Assembly (NCBI GenBank): GCA_032161105.1
Contig: JAVHTD010000020.1
Direction: 5' to 3' (one strand)
DNA: 13,132 bases
From: Candidatus Thermosaccharophagus tengchongensis
GTDB taxonomy: Bacteria; Armatimonadota; Fervidibacteria; Fervidibacterales; Thermosaccharophagaceae
Shown: positions 7,902-13,132 of the stretch, one piece after another
Numbering within the stretch: position 1 is the stretch's first letter
How the letters are laid out: each line of letters opens with the position of its first letter
The notes under the pieces: generated by a model
The model's input: the letters and a program-made list of their open reading frames with translations, nothing else
What the model was told of the DNA's origin: nothing
The model's database searches: none
Made by a program: the position numbers and the translations under genes

Positions 7902-8065
7902 AGCTCATACACACCTCCCGAAAGGCAGAATTGTCAACGAAGGGCTGGAAGCGATTCGGCATGAGTGGCAATTGGCTCACTGATGACAGCATGATGCACC
8001 CAATGGCGATTGTAAAACGCCAAATAGAGCTTATGTGGCGATGACTTCGCGCATGGTGATGTGCT

Positions 8066-9214
8066 ATGGCAGAACGCCACAAACAGCTTAGGGCATGCTG
8101 CCCTTCGCTCACGGACATATTATGGGCAATGACTTCCGCTTCACTGATTGCACTCACCTATGGTTGCGCCTTCCTATTGCCCGTTGCACTTGCTTACAGC
8201 ATTTGGTGGGGCATTACAAACCTAAGCGGTAAAACAGGGATGCGCTTCGTGCTGGTCTCATCCTTTTTGCTCTACATGTCGCTGAGTTCATTCAAATGGC
8301 GTATCCGTTCGCCGATAGGGATGCCAATGACTGGAGAAGAGACGGAGCGCCTGAGGAAGCTCATAATGCATGTGGCTCGACTGGTTGATGCGTCTGAGCC
8401 GAGCTCGCTTTGGCTTACTCCGGATGCAACGATAGGTGTATACAGTGAGGGATATGCGCTGCTACCCATCAAGAGGAGGGTTATTGCATCAGTTGGGATA
8501 GTGGCACTTGACTGGCTAACGGTCGGAGAGCTGTGCTCGCTGTTTGCCCACGAGTTTGCACACTGCTCGCGCCTGCAGCCGAGGCTAACCAAATTAGTTA
8601 TGGGAGCGCTCCTAAACTTGTTCAGGTTTGTTGAGGGTGTGCGCACTCAAACTGCGCTTTGGTGGTTAAACCCGACATGGTGGATGCTACGCTTGCTCAC
8701 ACCGCTATGTGCTTGGATATCCTTTAGGGTTGTGCTTCGGTCAGAACTCTGCGCCGATGCGATAGCCGCAGTGTGCTGCGGAAGTGAGACATTCATCTCG
8801 GCACTGCACAAGTATGCTCTAACTGAAATGCTCTTTGACGGTGTGATGCACGAGATCATTGACAGGCTTGCGCTTGATAAGAAGTCGCTGACGGACATAG
8901 CAAAATCGTTCCGAGAGTTCCGCATCAACCATATACCGCCCCAAGCCATTGAACAAATACATAGCGAGCTGCTGGGCATACCGTCAAATCCATTCCACCT
9001 CTACATCAACCTCAGCGTCAGGTTGGCAAACTTGGAAGTTGCCGCATGCCAAAGCCCATCCGCTGCTCTTGAGGGAGAGAATGCGCCCGCACATTCACTT
9101 GTTACAGACCTGCAAGAGCTTTCAACAAAGCTCTCCCAACTTTACGCCGCAGCTGTTCACCGGCTCTTCATACCAACACGCCACATGCATCGTCCGAGGA
9201 GTGGGCAACGGTAG
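8066..9214 (+). CDS. M48 family (HtpX/Ste24-like) membrane metallopeptidase
   Basis: N-terminal hydrophobic helices, HEXXH (HEFAH, 8549-8563) and a downstream ExxAD (ELCAD) third zinc ligand. SD-like GGTGA upstream. Confidence 0.85.
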   Translation: MAERHKQLRACCPSLTDILWAMTSASLIALTYGCAFLLPVALAYSIWWGITNLSGKTGMRFVLVSSFLLYMSLSSFKWRIRSPIGMPMTGEETERLRKLIMHVARLVDASEPSSLWLTPDATIGVYSEGYALLPIKRRVIASVGIVALDWLTVGELCSLFAHEFAHCSRLQPRLTKLVMGALLNLFRFVEGVRTQTALWWLNPTWWMLRLLTPLCAWISFRVVLRSELCADAIAAVCCGSETFISALHKYALTEMLFDGVMHEIIDRLALDKKSLTDIAKSFREFRINHIPPQAIEQIHSELLGIPSNPFHLYINLSVRLANLEVAACQSPSAALEGENAPAHSLVTDLQELSTKLSQLYAAAVHRLFIPTRHMHRPRSGQR

Positions 9215-9226
9215 CTGGCTGTCGCC

Positions 9227-9511
9227 TCACGCTGACGATGATGTGGAGGCTATAAGCTGATTGAGCTTGCTCATGAGCTTTGATTTGTATCGTGCAGCCG
9301 TGTTCGGCTTTATGACGCCCTTTGATGCCGTTTTATCTATGACGCGGCACGCCGCTTTAACGGCTTCAATTGCCCTCTCAATATCACCTGATGAAAGCGC
9401 CTCACGGGCATATTTGATGAATGTGCGCATGCGCGACTTGTGTGCTTTATTTCGCTCACGCCTTTTTAAGCTCTTGCGAAGTTGGCGCATAGCGCTCCTC
9501 GTATTCGGCAT
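9227..9511 (-). CDS. rpsT: 30S ribosomal protein S20
   Basis: MPNTRSAMRQLRKSLKRRERNKAHKSRMRTFIK...IDKTASKGVIKPNTAARYKSKL is typical S20. The start is ATG 9511 (or 9514) after SD GGGGGTG; the track's start at 9631 is over-extended. Confidence 0.97.
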   Translation of the reverse strand: MPNTRSAMRQLRKSLKRRERNKAHKSRMRTFIKYAREALSSGDIERAIEAVKAACRVIDKTASKGVIKPNTAARYKSKLMSKLNQLIASTSSSA

Positions 9512-9538
9512 CATTGCACCCCCAGTCGGATTAAGGGG

Positions 9539-9579
9539 CGCTGCAAGGTGGGAGCGGTGGCAGCTTCCACCTTGCAGCG
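9539..9579. repeat. 17-bp inverted repeat (hairpin) upstream of rpsT
   Basis: CGCTGCAAGGTGGGAGC (9539-9555), 7-nt loop, GCTTCCACCTTGCAGCG (9563-9579). One non-Watson-Crick position: G.U on plus-strand RNA, A/C mismatch on minus-strand RNA. No U-tract on either side. Confidence 0.9.
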
Positions 9580-9595
9580 GAATTCCACCCATCAT

Positions 9596-9623
9596 TTGAC
9601 ATGCTGCCACGCAGCAGTAAACT
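9596..9623 (+). promoter_or_regulatory. Promoter-like motif facing antisense into the glutamate-synthase-family gene
   Basis: TTGACA (9596-9601), 16-nt spacer, TAAACT (9618-9623). Confidence 0.35.
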
Positions 9624-9659
9624 CCCAGCATTTAAAAGGTGAACTGCATGCGTGAGCAG

Positions 9660-11246
9660 TTAGCCACCATCAAGTATGCTCTCTACTTCCTCGGCATCCA
9701 ATTCCATAATGTAGCGTAGACCGGTGACCTCGGCAGCTTCCCTTGTCAGCGCTGCAACATCGTCGCGGCTCAAGTATTTAAGCGAGAACTTCCTCGCTCC
9801 AGCCATCAACTGGCGCAGCCCTTGCGCTATGCGCTGGAGGTATGTGAACAGACCAATTGCACCGGTTGGGATGCGCTCAAACTCGTCACCGAACTTCTCC
9901 TTGAGCTGCGCAGCAGTGATAAAGATTTGTTCAACAGTCTCACCGTAGTTCTCCCGTATGCCCCTCGGCAGCTCGCCCTTTCGGATAAGCTCACCTATAG
10001 TTCTCCCAACCATGACGGAGCAAAGCGGCGCCCTTGCCATCGCCACACCTTTGAAGTAGGGTGCGCCAAGAGCAAGCGCCTTGAATATGTGATCCTCAAG
10101 CGAGATACCGCCTGCGATGAGTATGTCAGGCACATATTCCCCCTTCTCAGCGAGCCTCTTAGCATATTGGTAAGCGAGCGACGCCAAGTAAACTGTTGGT
10201 ATGCCCCACTCGCACATCATCCGCCATGGGCTCATTCCGGTCCCGCCACCGGCACCGTCAATGGTAATGACATCAATGCCGGCTTCCGAGCTCCACTTAA
10301 TCGCCTTAGCCAAATCAGCGGGTCTGTAAGCACCCGTCTTGAGAAACACATACTTTGCGCCAAGCTTGCGCAGCTGCTCGACTCGCTCAAGGAAGCTATC
10401 ATGGTCCGGCATGCCAAGCCTTGAATGCCTCTCAAATTCCTTAAACGCACCATTCCTAAACGCTTGAACCACGCCTTTATCCCTTGGGTCAGGCAAAACA
10501 ATGTAGCCCCTTTCGGCAAGCTGCAACGCCCTCTCTATGGTTGGCAGCTTGACCTCGCCACCGATGTCCTTTGCACCCTGTCCCCATTTGAGCTCAACCG
10601 AAGTGACGCCAAGCTTCTCAATCACATACTCATGCACACCTGCACGGGTATCCTCAACATTAGCCTGCACTATGACATCTCCATAACCGTCCTCCTGCCA
10701 ATCGCGATAGAGCTTGACACGCATCTCCATATCGGGGCTTCGGACAATCCTTCCGTCTTTAAACTCGGCATCCGGGTCCATGCCGCAGACATTCTCACCT
10801 ATAGTGATTGCGATGCCGGATATGGCTGCGCCTATTGCAATGCCCTCCCAGTTGTTCTTCGCCACATCGGTTGAACCGAGCGCGGGTATGACAATTGGCA
10901 GCTTGAGCTTTATCCCATCGCCTTTGCCTATGGCTGTCTCAAGGTTGACGGCCGGGAAGATCGCGTGGTCTGGGTCTGGTTGCACACCATAAGCACCAAA
11001 TGTTGTCCCCATGATGCTGAGGTGTGAGAAGTCAACCGGGTAATCTTTGTCCCCAGCCGCTGTGACCATACCAAATGGGCGCGGGTAAATAACCTCAACG
11101 CCACGATAGGCTGACATGCCAACCTCACACAAGCCGGTGCACCCTTGAACGCAAACAACGCACATGCCGCTTGTTGGCATTACATCGTCACCGGCGCGTG
11201 TGCGAGTCCCTGTAGCTGTTGAGCGATTCGGCTTTGACAGAGACAT
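9660..11246 (-). CDS. FMN-binding glutamate synthase family protein (stand-alone synthase/FMN domain, GltB2-like)
   Basis: Motifs ELKWGQGAKDIGGE, FLKTG, ITIDGAGGGTG, ILIAGG and FKALALGA. N-terminal CxxCxxxCxxxC. SD GGGGAGGTGG. Confidence 0.92.
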   Translation of the reverse strand: MSLSKPNRSTATGTRTRAGDDVMPTSGMCVVCVQGCTGLCEVGMSAYRGVEVIYPRPFGMVTAAGDKDYPVDFSHLSIMGTTFGAYGVQPDPDHAIFPAVNLETAIGKGDGIKLKLPIVIPALGSTDVAKNNWEGIAIGAAISGIAITIGENVCGMDPDAEFKDGRIVRSPDMEMRVKLYRDWQEDGYGDVIVQANVEDTRAGVHEYVIEKLGVTSVELKWGQGAKDIGGEVKLPTIERALQLAERGYIVLPDPRDKGVVQAFRNGAFKEFERHSRLGMPDHDSFLERVEQLRKLGAKYVFLKTGAYRPADLAKAIKWSSEAGIDVITIDGAGGGTGMSPWRMMCEWGIPTVYLASLAYQYAKRLAEKGEYVPDILIAGGISLEDHIFKALALGAPYFKGVAMARAPLCSVMVGRTIGELIRKGELPRGIRENYGETVEQIFITAAQLKEKFGDEFERIPTGAIGLFTYLQRIAQGLRQLMAGARKFSLKYLSRDDVAALTREAAEVTGLRYIMELDAEEVESILDGG

Positions 11247-11299
11247 TTACTCCACCTCCCCAAAAGGGTTGGAATCGCTTTGCGATGTGGTGACTTGCC

Positions 11300-11328
11300 A
11301 TTATGACGCGCTATAGCGTCATGTGCTA
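11300..11328 (-). promoter_or_regulatory. Weak promoter candidate overlapped by a palindrome
   Basis: TAGCAC-N17-CATAAT on the minus strand, overlapped by the inverted repeat ATGACGC-N6-GCGTCAT (11303-11322). Confidence 0.3.
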
Positions 11329-11341
11329 TGCTGATAAGCCC

Positions 11342-12304
11342 TCACCCTGCCCGTGTAGGACGATTGCAATTTAGGCGCTCAAGAAGCGCTTGCGCCAGGA
11401 ACGGTATGAGGAGTTCATGATGCCCGATGATGTAAAATCCCTTCCCGCCAAGCTCCTCAGCACGCCCAACCGGATTCCTCTCCGACCTGTAGTGCCGTAT
11501 GAAGTCAAATGTTGCTCCAACAAAGCCTTTAACATCGTGCCCCAAATTGCGCGCCAAGGCGAGCGCCTTCTCAAAGACGAGCGGCAGGATGACAGCGGAG
11601 CCGAAGTTGAGCACCACACCGCCAGAGAGCTCGCTTACGATGCCACAGAAGATGCGGAAGTCAGTGTATGTTGCCTTGCCCCAAGATGCAGCATCAAAGT
11701 CAGGATGCATGTGATTGACATCAGTGCCTATGGCGACATGAACTGTGAGCGGGATGCCAAGCTTGTGAGCTTGCGCAAGTATGCTTGAGTCAATGTGCTT
11801 TGCTTTGGCTTTGACAAGCTCAGCGCCGATGGTTTCCCCCAGTCCTTTATTTCGCTTCGCTGCTATGAGCGCCGCACGATTGATGAACCCAACCGGCTCT
11901 GCAGCCATTCCGAAGGTTCCAGATAAAATCCCATCCGAGACACGCTCACTTGTCACACCGAACATTGCAAGCTCAACATCGTGATATGCTCCGGCTCCGT
12001 TTGTGGCGAGGGCAGTTACAATGCCCTCGTTCATGAGCTGAGCGAGTATTGGAGACAGACCACACTTCACCACATGAGCACCATACATGACAAGCACATG
12101 CTTTCCACTGGAACGAGCGCTGCAAATGGCATCCACAAGCTCCCTAAGCCAGCTTGCCGCAAGTATGTTTGGCAGGCTGTCAAAGAACTGAGAGAAGGAT
12201 GCGCCCGTGGCAAGTGGCTTTGCAAGTTGCGTCACATTCACCTTGCTCTTTCGCTCGTGAATTGAAATCAACTTGACTCCGTTAATCGGGAGCGGCTTCT
12301 GCAC
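11342..12304 (-). CDS. Conserved hypothetical protein with a probable deoxyhypusine-synthase-like NAD-binding fold (resembles the 'GSU2086' family)
   Basis: Blocks MYGAHVVKCGL, ALATNGAGAYHDVELA, GTFGMA, SILAQAHKLGIPLTVHVAIGTD, NFGSAVILP and GHHELLIP parallel DHS-like proteins (recalled, not searched). GTG start 7 nt after SD GAGGTG (12312-12317). Confidence 0.75.
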   Translation of the reverse strand: MQKPLPINGVKLISIHERKSKVNVTQLAKPLATGASFSQFFDSLPNILAASWLRELVDAICSARSSGKHVLVMYGAHVVKCGLSPILAQLMNEGIVTALATNGAGAYHDVELAMFGVTSERVSDGILSGTFGMAAEPVGFINRAALIAAKRNKGLGETIGAELVKAKAKHIDSSILAQAHKLGIPLTVHVAIGTDVNHMHPDFDAASWGKATYTDFRIFCGIVSELSGGVVLNFGSAVILPLVFEKALALARNLGHDVKGFVGATFDFIRHYRSERNPVGRAEELGGKGFYIIGHHELLIPFLAQALLERLNCNRPTRAG

Positions 12305-12367
12305 CTAATATCACCTCAATCGCAATGGGTGTTTTTTTGCCTCGCCAAAAATCGCGCTGCTACTGCA

Positions 12368-12940
12368 CTAACTTTTGCAGACCAATCTCTCAACGAGCTC
12401 ACACACTATGTGCAGGATAACGCCATGTGCTTCTTGAATTCGCTGCGTATCCTCTGAAGGCACAGCGATGCATATGTCAAATTCGCCGCGCAGGTGCTTT
12501 CCCCTCTCACCCGTGAGCAGCGCCGCCGTAGCTCCCTTGCACTTCGCCACTCTTAATGCCCTCAGCACATTTTCCGATGCACCGCTGGTTGATATGCCGA
12601 TGGCGACATCCCCATGCGACGCGATCGCTTCAACCTGTTTGCTAAACGCGCTTTCAAATCCGAAGTCATTGGCGAGCGCAGTCAACACAGCGCTGTCAGC
12701 CGTCAACGATATCGCCGGCAGCGGCGCTCTGCTCAACTTAAATCTGCCGACCAACTCACCAGCGAAATGCTGTGCATCTGAAGCGCTCCCACCATTGCCG
12801 AATACGACGACTTTGTTGCCCCTCTCAAACGCCTCGTGGATTGAGCTGGCGAGTTGGACTATGTCTTTGGCGCACCCCTTTGCAGCGAGCATAACTGATG
12901 CAGCCTCTTCAAGCGCTTTGTGAACGACCTCAATGCTCAT
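12368..12940 (-). CDS. gmhA: D-sedoheptulose-7-phosphate isomerase (phosphoheptose isomerase)
   Basis: SIS/GmhA motifs FGNGGSASDAQHFAGELVGRF, TALANDFGFE, GISTSGASENV and TQRIQEAH. SD GAGGTG is 7 nt upstream. Confidence 0.93.
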   Translation of the reverse strand: MSIEVVHKALEEAASVMLAAKGCAKDIVQLASSIHEAFERGNKVVVFGNGGSASDAQHFAGELVGRFKLSRAPLPAISLTADSAVLTALANDFGFESAFSKQVEAIASHGDVAIGISTSGASENVLRALRVAKCKGATAALLTGERGKHLRGEFDICIAVPSEDTQRIQEAHGVILHIVCELVERLVCKS

Positions 12941-13131
12941 GAATTTTCACCTCTCAACCAGTTGGATTTCAATTTGCTCACCGCTCTCTCAATCACCCAT
13001 GCCCCTTCACTCACACAGGCATCAATACGCACAGCATACCAACTATTGAGCCGTTCGTGTAAGCCAAAGGAGCTGCAAGCTATCCCCCTCAACTTCATTG
13101 CATCCTTCAATGTTGTAACGACTGCAGCTGC
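12937..13131 (-). CDS. lpxK: C-terminal fragment of a probable tetraacyldisaccharide 4'-kinase (5' part outside the window; not in ORF track)
   Basis: Manual translation: AAAVVTTLKDAMKLRGIACSSFGLHERLNSWYAVRIDACVSEGAWVIERAVSKLKSNWLRGENS*. VVTTxKDAxKL matches the LpxK C-terminal TTEKDAVK motif. Its TGA overlaps the gmhA ATG (ATGA, 12937-12940). Confidence 0.65.
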   Translation of the reverse strand, partial: AAAVVTTLKDAMKLRGIACSSFGLHERLNSWYAVRIDACVSEGAWVIERAVSKLKSNWLRGENS

Positions 13132-13132
13132 G

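Noticed and set aside
9512..9631. 40-aa N-terminal extension of S20 in the track
   Set aside because: S20 similarity begins at MPNTRSA with an SD directly upstream, and the extension runs through hairpin sequence.
9634..9661. Intrinsic terminator after the glutamate-synthase-family gene (AACTGC-N8-GCAGTT-CACC-TTTT)
   Set aside because: The 6-bp stem is weak and the short U-run is offset by 4 nt; too poor to call.
11675..11686. SWGK in the DHS-like protein as the DHS catalytic-lysine motif
   Set aside because: In DHS, SWGK follows the GGGxPK segment. Here it precedes the apparently equivalent GSAVILP block, so the match is probably coincidental. A structural alignment would settle it.
1..13132. 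CRISPR array, tRNA/rRNA, transposase/integrase, defence or toxin-antitoxin genes
   Set aside because: I saw no long periodic repeats, cloverleaf motifs or relevant protein motifs. All intergenic gaps are about 200 nt or less.

Overview
Gene-dense bacterial chromosomal window with 11 CDSs, ten on the minus strand. lpxK-like and gmhA genes imply a diderm, LPS-making host. Minus-strand order from the right: 3' end of a probable lpxK, gmhA, a deoxyhypusine-synthase-fold conserved hypothetical, an FMN-binding glutamate-synthase-family protein and rpsT. A single plus-strand M48 peptidase follows, then an orphan 265-aa ORF, a FecCD/BtuC permease, a Gfo/Idh/MocA oxidoreductase, a BatA/vWA protein, a zinc-ribbon/pseudokinase/PP2C fusion, and a rhomboid protease that runs off the left edge. 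The ORF track missed the rhomboid and lpxK. I found no mobile element, CRISPR array, tRNA or rRNA. This looks like core genome, and I cannot support a clearly new multi-gene system. The best leads are: the rhomboid's apparent ATT start codon; a structured rpsT leader next to an antisense-facing near-consensus promoter; the uncharacterised DHS-fold gene linked to LPS genes; the pseudokinase-phosphatase fusion; and recurrent RBS-occluding stems. All structures were folded by eye and no database searches were run.
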